From Octopus bimaculoides (lineage: Eukaryota), in NCBI RefSeq assembly GCF_001194135.2, contig NC_069000.1:29846214-29910213 (forward strand): a stretch of DNA of 64,000 nt, written 5' to 3'. How positions within the stretch are numbered: the stretch's first letter is position 1; the number at the start of each line of letters is the position of its first letter. Made by a program: the position numbers and the translations under genes. Below the pieces are notes generated by a model, which saw nothing but the letters and a program-made list of their open reading frames with translations, searched no databases and was not told where the DNA came from. Positions 24,901-38,669 of the stretch are shown here, one piece after another.

Positions 24901-27412
24901 TGTCTCGTTAGTCTGCCTCAAGCAGTCACGTTTATTCACAGAGTCTTGCAGCAACGATGCAAGGTGTACATCATAATGAACCGATTCATCTGTGTTGGCA
25001 CCATGCATTAATGTCAGCTTGTCCTTGCTGACTCTCTTCAAATGTCCAACCTCTTCAATCAGTTGTTCCAGCTTTTCCCTCTGTTTCTTCAGAATGTTGA
25101 CACGTTCAAGTTGTGATGACACTTCCTGACTCTTCAACATCATTGCTTTGTTGTGTTCTTCTTTTAGGAGCCTCATCTTCTGCTCATACTCAGTGACTTC
25201 AGCTTCAGATGCACGCCAAGCCTTCTGCAATTCTTGCAGCTGAGGGTTTACATCTATTGCAGCTTTCAATGCTTCCTCTCGACATTTGGGAGATTCACTA
25301 TCCTTGCCTGGTGACCCTTTCTCATCTATTGAAGTGGATTTGGCCTCTGTAACAAGAAAACAATTAGGTTAACAGTTTGTTTGCATCTCATCATTTATAC
25401 TTAGAATATCTATACAAATGTAGATAAATGCCTTTAGGTAAGCATACATAAAGCCATGGTAGAGCCTCTAGAAGGTCACTAAACTTGCTAGAAAAAAGAC
25501 CTGAATTTCTTTGAAATCACACCCCACTAACTTCAAGAGTAAGATGATAGACATGCCTGAGAGAAGGACTAAATCAATGGTTCTCATCCATTTTTTGTTT
25601 CTGGATCCCTTGATTCCTATTTTACTCCAATAGTCATCTGATGTTTAAAAAAGTCCCATTATATTTTTATAATCAAAATATTAGGAAATGCATAAAAAAA
25701 AACTGTTGAAATATTTTGTCTATTGTAGAAGTATAACCAATTTAGTGCATGTAAATTTTAACAGCAAAATCTGATGTGGACCATGGCTGAGAACCACTGG
25801 ACTAGATGGTCATGGCTAGAATGCCTTTGACTGCATATCCGCTCAGGAGTTAAACATAACAAACACACATTTTAAATACATACCTACAGAGGTATTTATA
25901 TCAACATATACATACAAACACACACTAAACACAAGCCTATAGAAGTATCAGTATACACATACAAAAACATGTCTATAGAAATCTCTGTAGCCACTCTACA
26001 TTAATAATAATAATCTAATAATCCTTTCACTACTAAAGGAACAAGGCCTGAAATTTTGCGGGAGGGGTAAATTGATTACATCGACCTCCTTGCACAACCC
26101 TGAAAGGAATGAAAGCAAAGTCAATCTAAGCAGCATCTGAGCTCAAAATGTAAAGACAGACAAAATGCTGCCAAGTATTTTGTCTGTCTTTACATTCTGG
26201 CATAGTAACGATTCTGCCAGCTCTCTGCCTAATTACATACTACAAAGTATTTTGTCCTTTACTAACTAATAATAATCCTTTCTACAATAGGCACAAGGTC
26301 TGAAATTAGGTGGGAGGTAACTAGTTGATTACGTCAACCCCAGTATTTCACTGGTACTTAATTTATCGACCCCTAAAGGATGAAAGGCAAAGTTGACCTC
26401 AGCAGAATTTGAACTCAAAATGTAGCAATGAGCAAAATGCCAGTAAGCATTTTGCCTGGTGTGTTACTGATTCTGCCAGCTTGCTACCTTGAATAATAAT
26501 GGTTTCAAATTTTATCTCAAGGTCAGCAGGTTTGAAGAAGGGGCTAAGTCAATTAAATCGACCCCAGTGTTCAATGGTATTTATTTTATCAACCCCAAAA
26601 AGATGAAAGGCAAAGTTGACCCTGGCAGAATTTGAACTTAGAATGTATAGACAAATGAAATGCTTAGCAGCATTTTGCCTGGCATGTTAACGAGTCTGCC
26701 GGCTCGCCGCCTTCAATAATAATAAGATTAAAGGTTTCAAATTTTGCCACATGGACATCAATTTTGGTGGAGGGGATAAGTCAATTACATCGACCCCAGT
26801 GTTTCACTGGTACTTAATTTATTGACCATGAAAGGATGAGAGGCAAAGTGAACCTTGGTGGAATTTGAATATAGTGATGGGTGAAATACAGCTAAGTATT
26901 TTGTTGGGTGTGCTAATGATTCTGCCAGCTTACCGCCCTTAATAATAATAATAATCATCCTTTCTACTAAAGGCACAAGGCCTGAAATTTTGGTGGAGGG
27001 GACTAGTTGATTACATTGAACCCAGTGTTTCACTGGTACTTAATTTATCGACTCTAAAAGGATGAAAAGCAAAGTCGACTTTGGTGGAATTTGAACTCAG
27101 AACATGAAGGCAGGCGAAATGTTGCTAAGTATTTTGCACGGTGTGCTAACACTTCTGCCAACTTGTCACCTTAATAAGGCTTACATACAAAAACATTAAA
27201 TGACATATAACACAAAAGACAAAAACAAGACGATACAAGTAAATAATTATAAATAACAATAAAAAATTAAATTAAAACTCCCAATAGGGGAAGCGCTTTA
27301 GGGTCCTCATGGAAAAACCCATGAAAGCCACAGATGCCTGATCAACAGAGCAAGAGCCCTTCTCTTTTAATTCTCTTTTTATAGGTGCACGGGAGAGGCA
27401 GGCAATTTTTTT

Positions 27413-27457
<45 letters not shown>

Positions 27458-30400
27458 CCGTCAGAACTCACGTGTATCAGTTCCCTTATCTTGTTTAGTC
27501 TTCATCTTGGACAACTCTTTAGTAACATGCATGTGCATCTGGTTGCAGTTGGCAACCAAATCATTCAGAATCTGCATCAGGTCCTCTTGCTTGCCCTTTT
27601 GCAGCATCTGTATCTGTTGCATTTGTTGTACTGCCTTGTTGTAGGTGTTCACAGCTTTCTCAAGCTTATCCTTCACACGTTGCAACTGGACCCTGAAATA
27701 CAAGAGGAGGATCAGTGAGTGTGATTAATAAAACATGTGAGGGGCAACAATGAAGTGGCGGATAGAGGGATAGCAAGACAGGTTGGTGAAACAGTGTAAA
27801 AGAGGAAGGGTGATTAATCAGGGAGACTGGTGCAGCTGTAAAGGTGTTGGAGGAGTCAGTTTGGGGCAGTAATAATAACTAACTGTATTGCTATACTTCG
27901 CACATCCAACTGTATAACTAAACCTATGGCACAGAAGAATTCTGAATGATGAGATACTTAATTTTATTGTACAGCAGACACCTTCAGTAAGTGTCCAAGA
28001 GTTTTCTATCATAACTTCAGATCAACTTCAGCTTTGTTGAGAACATTGAGGTAGATGGAGATTGTGCAGAAGCTTACATGGACTGTACCTGTTCTTGGGT
28101 GGTAAACATAACACTGCTATCAGGACTTTCAGTGCATTTAGTGAAGTCCATATTTTTTGGTATTGTTTTACAGGCTAGATGCCCTTCTTATCACCAACCA
28201 CAACATGGACTGAGTGTGTTTTCTTGTGCCACCAGCCTTAGGGGAATTGTCAGTCAGGACTAAACTGTCCTCTACACTCAGTTATTGTTCAGAATTGCGA
28301 CTCTCTTAGACGGACTGTCTTCATTGTGACTTACAGAGTTGATGCCTACTCAGGGAAGACTTTCAATCCCAGCCTTCAATAATGTTAGGGTTGGGTTAGA
28401 TGAGAAAGATTGGAGTATGAGATGATAGGATAGTGAAGGACAACAGATGAGATGAGGAAGTGATATCAAAATAAGAAAGGAAAGAAATGATGCATTGGAG
28501 AGGGGGACAAGAGATGTTTTGGAGAGATAGAGGGAAGCCAAGTAAGAAGAATATGTAGGAAGGAAAAAGAGGATGAAGGACATAGAGAGACATCTAGAAA
28601 GTGTTAAAAGAGAAAGAAAATATCTTTGGGAAGTCAGAAACAAATGGAGGTAGACAGAAGAGAGAAAAATAGCCATGCAAAGTTATGCCATCTGAGCATA
28701 GGAGCATTATGAAGTTGCCATACAAATTAGCAACCAAGAAAGCAAATCCATAAACACCTTATGGAAAATGAAACTGGGGTAGGGGTGCCATGGTAGGGAT
28801 TGGTCTAGTCAGAATCTATCTGTTTGTCTGTCATCCTGTCAGCATTTTCTCTTTCAAACAAGAACAATACAAGAATGAGATAAACTAGGTGTAAGTGGAA
28901 TCAATTGTAGTGTGCATAACTGTATTGGTATGAACATGTGATGACCTTGCTATAATGATGAACATGCTGAAGAACTTGCTCTAATAGCTGAGTCACTATC
29001 GGAACTAGTAGAGAAGTTTCAGGTGTGGAAGCAAGGTATAGAATTGAAGGGCCTCAGAGTCAATCTAGCAAAAACCAAAGTCTTAGTAAGTAGGAAGACA
29101 GACAAATCACAAATTCCTTCAGGTAGATGGCCCTGCTCATTCTGTAAAAAAGGCATAGGTAGAAACTCCATTAGATTCACCCAGTGTTAGCTACGAACAC
29201 ATAAAAGGTGCAGCAATATCAAAGGAAGGCTAACTGGGAAGATAGTTTTTGTGTGTGACAGATACACAGGAGTAATAAGCACTGAGAATGTACAGAAAAC
29301 GGCTTCCATCACATGCCAGGAGGAAAAACTAGAAGTAGTTGATAGCTTGCTTCCATTACCTAGGTGACCAAGTCAGTAGCAAGGGTGGATGCTCTGAGAG
29401 TGTAGCTGCTAGAATAAGAATAGCCTGGGCAAAGTTCAGAGAGCTCCTACCTCTGCTAGTAACAAAGGGACTCTTGCTCAAAGTGAAAGGTAGACAGTAT
29501 GATGCATGTGTGCAAACAGCCATGCTACATGGCAGTGAAACATGGGCTGTGACTGCTGAGGACATGCATAAGCTTGCAAGGAATGAGGCTAGTATGATCC
29601 ACTGGATGTGTAATGTCAGTGTGCATACACTACAGAGTGTGAGCACCCTGAGAGAAAAGTTGGACATAAGAAGCATCAGATGTGGTGTGCAAGAGAGACA
29701 ACTGCACTTGTATGGTCATGTGTTGCATATGGATGAGGACAGCTGTGTGAAAAAGTGTCACACCCTGACAGTGGAGGGAACCTATGGAAGAGATAGACCC
29801 AAGAAGACCTGGGATGGGGAGGGGAAGCACGACCTTCGAACGTTGGGCCTCATGGAAGCAATGACAAGCGACCGAGACAAGCAAGGTGAGACTGTAGCCT
29901 ATGTCAGTGTTGCATAAGCGGCTAATTTAAGAGTACCCTTTAATCATTGGGCAATGTGCTGTGAGAAGACCTGTTGAGTCAAGTGAAATCACTGTCGTAG
30001 CCAATGCTAGTACTGTCTGACTGGCACCTGTGCCGGTGGCACGTAAAAAGCACCATACGAATGTGGTTGATGTTAGTCCCACTGGACTGGTTCCCATGCC
30101 AGTGGCACGTAAAAAGCACCATATGAATGTGGTTGATGCTAGTAGCACCTTATTGGTCCTGTGCCGGTGGCATGTAAAAAGCACCATTCAAGCATGGTCG
30201 TTGCCAGTGCTGCCTGACTGGTTCCCATACCGGTAGCATGTAAAAAGCACCATTCAAGCATGGTCAAAGCCAGTACCATCTGACTGGCCCCTGTGCCAGT
30301 GGCACATAAAAAGCACCCACTACATTCTCAGTGTGGTTGGCATTAGGGAGGGCATCCAGCTGTTGAAACCTTGCCAGATCAGATTGGAGCCTGGTGCAAC

Positions 30401-31575
30401 CTCCTGGCTTGCCAGTTCTCAGTCAAACCGTCCAATCCATGCCAACATGGAAAGCAGACGCTAAACTGTGATGATGATACTTATAGAAGATAACAGATGG
30501 GTAAAGCGCCATGAGATTTTAAACCCTGTGGAGCCCATTTTTCTCCAGATATGAACACAGTTGATTTCTTCCAGACAGAAAAGGGGAAGTGAGAAAGAAA
30601 ATGAGTAGAAGAAGGAAAAGAAAACTTGATCTTGATGAGCTTTGAACTCAGTACAGAAAGCCAGAAAGAATACTGCAAAGTATTCTGTCTGACATTCTAA
30701 CAAAACTGCCAACTAATCTCCAATGTGCAGAAGAATTTATATCTAGACACATATATTCCCCCACACATACACTCACATACTTGTCAAAGTCTTTAATGGT
30801 TGAATCTTATATTATATAAGAAAAGCTGATCTCTGGCTGTTTGTCAATAACAACATCTGTGTAGAGGAAAGAAGAGGTGGGGGAGAAAATGTTGTTGAGA
30901 TAAAAATACAGTGAGAGAGAGATGCAGTGAGAGAGAGAGTGTGTGTGTGTATGTGTAAAATATAAATAAATAGGTAGTGTTGTCACCTAAGTAACTACAA
31001 AGTTTTAATTAAAAACGTGGGAATTTTAAGTGCAAGTCTGTCAACACAACACAGCATATACATAATACATATAGTTATTTTTTCTTTGGTTATTTGTGTG
31101 TTTTTGAATGTCTTTTGACATAGAGACAATGTTACACAGACTTTAAAAAAGATTTTCATGTTGAACAATTTATGAAGGCACATGCATGATTAACAAATAT
31201 TATTACTGACAGTATAGTGACAGGTAACGATGTAGTCTTCAAAAGATTCAAATAAGTGTATGAATGCCAGCTCTTAATCCAATCTTATAAACCAAAAAGC
31301 AAAGGACTAACCCATAGAGCAAAAAGAAGATTACCTGGCATCTTTGATCCTAATCTTTTCACTCTGATCCTGTTCCACAGGTAAACTGTAAAAACAACAA
31401 AATATTCCAATGTCAGCTGTTCACACAGTGGTTGTAGGTTCAATCTCAGTTTAAGTACAAATACATATTTAAGATGAATTTCATTGATTTAACATCATCA
31501 TTATCAACATAAAAATTTATCCTTATTCTTAGAAAATATTATCATCATTTTAAACTAATGTACAATGCCATTTTC

Positions 31576-31608
<33 letters not shown>

Positions 31609-32839
31609 TGTGTGTGTGTGTGAATTGTTTTATGTATGATAAATTGAATGATTACATGTGTGTAGGTTACATGTGGATTTGGTAGATGGAAACTGAAAGA
31701 AGCCCATCATATATGTGTATGTGTGTGTTTGTCTCCCACCACTGCTTGACAACCAGTGTTGGTGTGTTTCCATTCCCATAACTTAGCAGTTTGGCAAAGA
31801 GGGTGATAGAATAAGTACCAGGTTTAAAATAAATAAGTGCTGGGATCGATTTATTTGACTAAAATTCTTCAAGGTGGTGCCCCAGCATGGCAGCAGTCTA
31901 AAGACTGGAACAAGTAAAAGACAATGTAAAATATTTGTATGATTATCATGTGTATGTAGTGCATGTGTATTTGAAATATATATATAAAATTTAATTAGAG
32001 GATATGTTAACCTCATGCAGGGATGATTGCATCCAAAGAAATACTGGTTCAATACCTAGTATTGCTGGGGAATGAAATTCCCTTAAAACAATAGCTATAT
32101 ATTAAGCATATAGTTTATATCCATTTAAAAGAAGAAAAGAAAATGGAGATAAGGAAGTTAACAATTATTTATTATTAACAAATTGGTTATTTTCGCTTCT
32201 TACAACTGTTTCAATTAATACTCAATGATTTGTACATTAAATTTGCATTTATGTGACATCATCATCATCGTTGTTTAATGTCCACTTTCCATGCTAGCAT
32301 GGGTTGGATGATTTGACAGAGGACTGGTGAACCGGATGGCTGCAGCAGGCTCCAATCTGATCTGGCAGAGTTTCTACAGCTGGATGCCTTTCCTTATGCC
32401 AACCACTCCGAGATTGTAGTGGGTGCTTTTACTTGCCACTGGCACGAGGGCCAGTCAGATGGTACTGGCAACAGCCATGCTCAAGTGGTGTTTTTTACAT
32501 GCCACCTGCACAGGAGCCAGTCCAGCAGCACTGGCAACAACCTCGCTCCAATGTTCTTTCATGTGCCACCGGCACAAGTGCCAGTAAGGCGATGCTGGTA
32601 ACAATCACGCTCGAATGGTGCTTTTTATGTGCCACTGGCACGGAAGCCAATCAGTTGCTCTGGCAGCGATCACGTTCGGATGGTGATCTTAGCGCTCTAC
32701 TGGCACGGGTGCCAGACATCAAATTTGCGAATTTGATATTGAATATTAATTGAAACGGCTGTAAAGCAAAGATGGCCAATTTGTTAATAATAAATAATTG
32801 TTAACTTCCTTATTTCCATTTTCCTTTCTTCACACACAT

Positions 32840-32872
<33 letters not shown>

Positions 32873-32930
32873 CACACTCTCTTTCCTTTCCTGAGCGTCC
32901 AATAATACTATCCATATTGTTTTTTTTAAC

Positions 32931-32961
<31 letters not shown>

Positions 32962-35900
32962 CCAAATTCATAAAACATGGAAACATATTTGTTTACCTAT
33001 ATAGGGAGAGTATGCATAACTGTATTATTTATGTATATCTGTACCTATGCATATGTGTACCATGATGTGTAGTGAAAGCTAGCATTTGCACCTAAACATT
33101 CAAAATAGAATAACCTACCTTTTGTTTATTAGTGGTACATCTGGAATAGCATCAATAGCAGAACCACTCTCGGGATCTGTTTGGACATCCCTCTCCATCA
33201 CCAGAGAATCACTGCTGTTTTTGTTCTACAAATACCAACAAACGCATCAGAAATGACATATATATGTTTTCTAGTTACCACTCAATGCAAAGGAAACAAA
33301 CAAAAAAAAACTTCTTTAGCACTACGCCACCTCCAGCTTGTACTCATCATCAATTTACTGTTCACCTTTCCATGCTTGCATGAGTCAGATGGAATTTCTG
33401 GAAGCAGATTTTCTATGGTAGAATGCCCTTTCTGACACCAACTGTCACCTGTTTTGAAGTATGGTGATATTTCCCCATGATCAGACATGTTTTCACAGAT
33501 GATTGGAAATGGACCACTGCTTGCTTTATGATGACACTTGTTTACAGTTATCATGCAAAGTCAAGGCAAGAAAACATTAACACACACACACACACGTATA
33601 TACCCTAAACAGAGGGGACAAACAAGGATAGACAAAGAGATTAAGTCAATTACATCGACCCTAGTGCGTAACAGGTACTTAATTTATCGACCCTAAAAGG
33701 ATGCAAAGCAAAGTCAACCTCGAAGGAATTTGAACTCAGAACGTAACGACAGACAAAATACCGCTAAGCATTTTGCTCAGTGTGCTAACGTTTCTGCCAG
33801 CTCGCCGCCTTCATAATTGGCAGATGAAATACTGCTAACTTTCAGTTTCTGTTCACCAAATCCATACACAAGACTTTGGTTGGCATGGGGCTATGGTAGA
33901 AAACACATGCCCAAGGTGCCATGTAATGAGACTGAACCCAATACTATGTGGCTGGGAAGCAAATTTCTTACCACACAGCCATGTTTGCACCTATCACCAC
34001 AACTGCATCTAATAAATTATTATTGTATTTCCTCCTAAGCTCTAAAGATCTTCTCATAAACCATTAAAGTTTCAAATGATCTCAGACTAGGACAAGAAAA
34101 GTTGTATGTTTTGCCTAAACGCATTAATACAATGGTTGTAGCAAAGCTTAACACATTTTTGTATTTTTACTCTTGCTTGCCAATCAACCAAGAACTTAGA
34201 GCTTGTATTTCTGACTGTGTCATGTACCTGGTCTAAAAGCATTAACAATTATTATAGTTAGTTTCTGAGAAGTTGGTTCATATATGTGCTAGTTCAGCTG
34301 TGTTATAGTCTGTTTGTAAGCTTTGCATGGAAGCATTAAACATGATGATCGTGATAAGGTTTGGAACCTGAGACTCTTTCCAATGTTAAAGAACACAGCT
34401 GTGAAAAAGCAAGCAACTTGTTTGTTAAGGAGACAAACTGAGGTAAGATAAAGTTCGATTACTTTAATCCAGAGCAACAACACAAAGAAATGGCTAACCC
34501 CATGAACCAAGATTTTAGTGGTCCAACACCTTAAGTTCCACCTTACCACAAAACCACCACAACTATCTATCTCTATCAATTTCAAAATATTCCCTCACCT
34601 GCTCAACCAACATACATACAGGTGTGTAAACCAAATGAAAAACACAACAATACCTTGATAAATTCTCTCAGTTTGGCAGCTTCTGCAGGGTTGTTGAAGC
34701 GAAACTGAAGACTATCACCAATCCTGACTGTGTCTCCTGAAATAGATATAAAAAGACAGACAGACATAGAGAGTTAGGTAAACAAAGACAGAAGATTGAT
34801 AGACATGCGATGAGACAGACATTTATGCAGAGAGATACAGATAGCTATAGACAACACTGTTATCAGCAATCATCATCACAGCCATCATCAACATTTATTG
34901 CACAGTGAGATATTTTATAAACAACCTGATGGTAAAAAAGAAAGAAAAAAAAAGAAAAATTACCTTGAGTTAACTTTGTGGGTTGTGTTACTTCAATACC
35001 ATTTATGGCACACGGTGCATTGTGACGTGGGTAAAGGATAACTGTGCCATCAACAAACTGGATAAAGCAGTGTTCTGGTTGTATATCTTGGCCAGTTAGA
35101 ACTGAAAACAACAAAAACAATTTTATTTACCACAAAGACAACAGATGAGGGGAATAATAAGAACAAATTAAGTGGTATGGGTATGTGGTTATTTTGAACA
35201 GTAACGACCATACCCTGCCCTTTGGCAGGGCATAGCACCTGTTCAGCCACCCTGCTAAGGGTATGGCGAAGTCATGGGACTGCAGCAAGGTGGATTGTGA
35301 AGAGGTAGCAGAAGAGATCAACTGAGCTTCTTACATAGATGCTGAGTGGAGGAATCCTAGAAGCTCAACAGTCAGGATCACCAAGCTCTATCAAGAGAGA
35401 GTAACTACAATGCTTCTACAGGGGTGGCATTCAGGGTTGTGTAATCAGCTCATGAAAGATTCCCTATGACTCAAGCTCCCAATTCAAATTCATAATAATG
35501 GAATTGGATGGTGACAGAGTGTCATGGGAATCGACAAAAGCAGAGAAAAAATAAGAAAATAAAATGGTGAGGGTTTGTTTACACAGAATCACTTACAAAA
35601 AGACAAGGAACAACAATAACAAAATTGAGCCTAGTACTTACTTTACTAAATTCATTTAGAAAGGATTTAAGTCAAAACCAGCCTTGGCAGGAGTTGAACT
35701 CAGAACCTAAAGGGACATAACTAGGTATTGCAAGGTTTTTACCCAACATTGTACTGATTCTGTCAGTCATTTTAATAAAATAACAATGATTTCTACCATA
35801 GGAAGAAAATTTTAAGGGAAGATGGCTGTAGTTGGGTTAAACAGTTTCAGTATTTGACCGGTATTTAATTTACAAACTCTAGGAAGATGAACAGGAAAGT

Positions 35901-36666
35901 GAACCAGAGTGGAAGTTGAACTTAGAAAATGTAACCGAACAATATAAGGAATTTGGACTGATGTGCTAATAAATTTTGTCAGTCATAATAATGCTTTGTT
36001 TACTAGTTATGAAGGTATTTTATAATAAATTGTGTTTTTTTTTTGTACAATGGCAGCTTTAGATTAAATCTGTTTAATCTTTTAGCCAAATATAGCAGCA
36101 GCAGCACCACAGCCACCACCAACGACATTGTACACATTACCACATTATTATACACACCGCATAACTACTATACACCAACACACATCACAGCTTACAATAC
36201 AAATATACCACACCAACACTATACACATCAATACTCACCATCATAGCACACTGTTATACACAGTACCCCATGCCTCATCACTAAACACAACACCACTAGA
36301 TACACCCATCACACACCACCATAACTTACCAATGTCCTGTTCTCTATCAGCCAGGTCACTTCCTATTAATGTTTTCCCCTCCTGGTGAGCAAAAATAGAT
36401 AAAAAACAATCAGCATCATGATGACGATGACGACAACAACAACAACAGTAATGTTAATATAAAAAATGAATCCCATCCATTTTATACAATATTGTTCTGT
36501 TGTCAAAAACTGGATCTTTGGATTAACTTGTAACATATTCTTGTCAATAATATCTTATTTCCTTCTGGCCTTGTAAATGGTAGAATATGAAGACATTGTG
36601 AGTTAAAACCGTCAACTCTTACAACTAAGCAGCTTTGTGTGTGTGTGTGTGTGTGTGCGTGTGTGC

Positions 36667-36721
<55 letters not shown>

Positions 36722-36745
36722 NNNNNNNNNNNNNNNNNNNNNNNN

Positions 36746-36798
<53 letters not shown>

Positions 36799-37544
36799 GA
36801 GAGAGAATGCTCTAGATTTACAAATCTAACAGCAATTCTCTCACACACATACTTTAACTGCTGTTTATCTAACTCCTAACTCTCATTTATTTATCAATAT
36901 ACCCTGATAGTTTGCAAAGATATCGTCATGATCATCATCATCATCATTGTTCTTACATGTGATGCTACTTTCACACTGCTGTGGGTCACAGGAGACTTTA
37001 ATGGCCATAAGACCTTGCTGATGCCAACCTGTAGTTGTTTAAATATGTGAGATAATTGTTATTTCACTGATCTTTGCATATCAAACTGCTGAGTAATGGG
37101 GCAGGGTAATGTTTTACAAGGGATGTAAACAAATGTCACCGCCCTCACTGAGAGGCTAATATGAAACCACACCGAAACAAACAATCTGTCTATCTCACAC
37201 ACACAATGATTTTCCATAGTAAATTTTCCTCATGAGATATAAGTCAGACAGAGGTTATAGTAGAAGATACTTCATATCAGTTGATAAACATTCTGGGTGG
37301 CTAAATGAGTGTCACCCACAAAAGATGAAAGATTTTCTTTATAGGCACAAGCATGGATGCATGGTAAAAAGTTTGCTTCCCAACCACATGGTTCTGGGTT
37401 CAGTTCCACTGCGTGGCACCTTGGGCAAGTGTCTACTATAACCTCAGGCTGACTTGAAGCCTTGTGAGTGGATTTGGTAGATGGAAACTGAAGGGAGCCG
37501 GCTATAAAGAAGCCAGTTATATGATGGAAACTGAAGGAAGGCAG

Positions 37545-37582
<38 letters not shown>

Positions 37583-38613
37583 TCAAGTCCTCATTAAAGG
37601 NNNNNNNNNNNNNNNNNNNNNNNNNNNNNNNNNNNNNNNNNNNNNNNNNNNNNNNAACACCTTTGACAGAGCACATATTCTGCATGAAGAACTTAAGCAT
37701 GCTGCTCAAAAGCACACTGCTGGTGTAGTGAATGGGGAAAGCTTGGTTTGCAATGTTTGCAGTCATGTATGCTTGTCAAGAGCGGGGCTCATTAGCTACC
37801 AACGAAGCCGCAAATGCAAAATATAAGTTAGTCCTAGAGCGCACAATGTTCCTGAAGGTCAGCAATGGTCTTCCTCGGCCACGAGTGGACGGCCATCATG
37901 CATGCATGCATGTATGTATGTATGTCTCTATGTGTGTGTGTATTGTTGTGTCTGTGCTTGTTCCCCCACCACTACTTGACAACTGGTATTGGTGTGTTTA
38001 TGTCCCTGTAACTTAGCAGTTCAGTAAAAGACACCAACAGAGTAAGTACTGGGCTTTAAAAAAATAAGTCCTGGGGTTGATTTGTTTGACTAAAATCCTT
38101 CATGACAATGCCCCAGCATGAAACAAATAAAAAAGAAAAAAAAAACAGATAATTTCATCATTGCCATATTTATAATCAATTTATAAGGATATGTAAAGAC
38201 ACATATGTTATGAACTTCATTAGCTTACAGCTGTTTCTGCTATAAGATGCAATGCACTCATAGTTGAATACATGTATAGCACCTTATAGTTTCATCAGAG
38301 CATTTCAGAACAAACAGCTGTAAGCTAATAAAGTCCATGACATAATTAATTCCCTTGCCATTTTATAGATAGATAGATAGATATATAAATGCATTCACCA
38401 GTTTAATTTCCCCTCATTTACGTCTTCATTTTTCTAAAATTTTCGTTGCATCTTGCAACCTTTGCAAAAGTTGTTGACTGTTCGTTATCAGAGCTGCATT
38501 CTTTTTGTCTGCCTGTCTGACTGCATGTGCGTGTGTGTACGTTTGTATGTATGTTTATGTTTGTGTGTGTGTATGTTTGTGTGTATGTGTGTGTGTGTAT
38601 ATGTTTGTGTGTA

Positions 38614-38669
<56 letters not shown>

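Noticed and set aside
30009-30330. Regularly spaced repeats superficially like a CRISPR array
   Set aside because: Eukaryotic LINE 3' UTR; the 'spacers' are homologous to each other; no cas genes.
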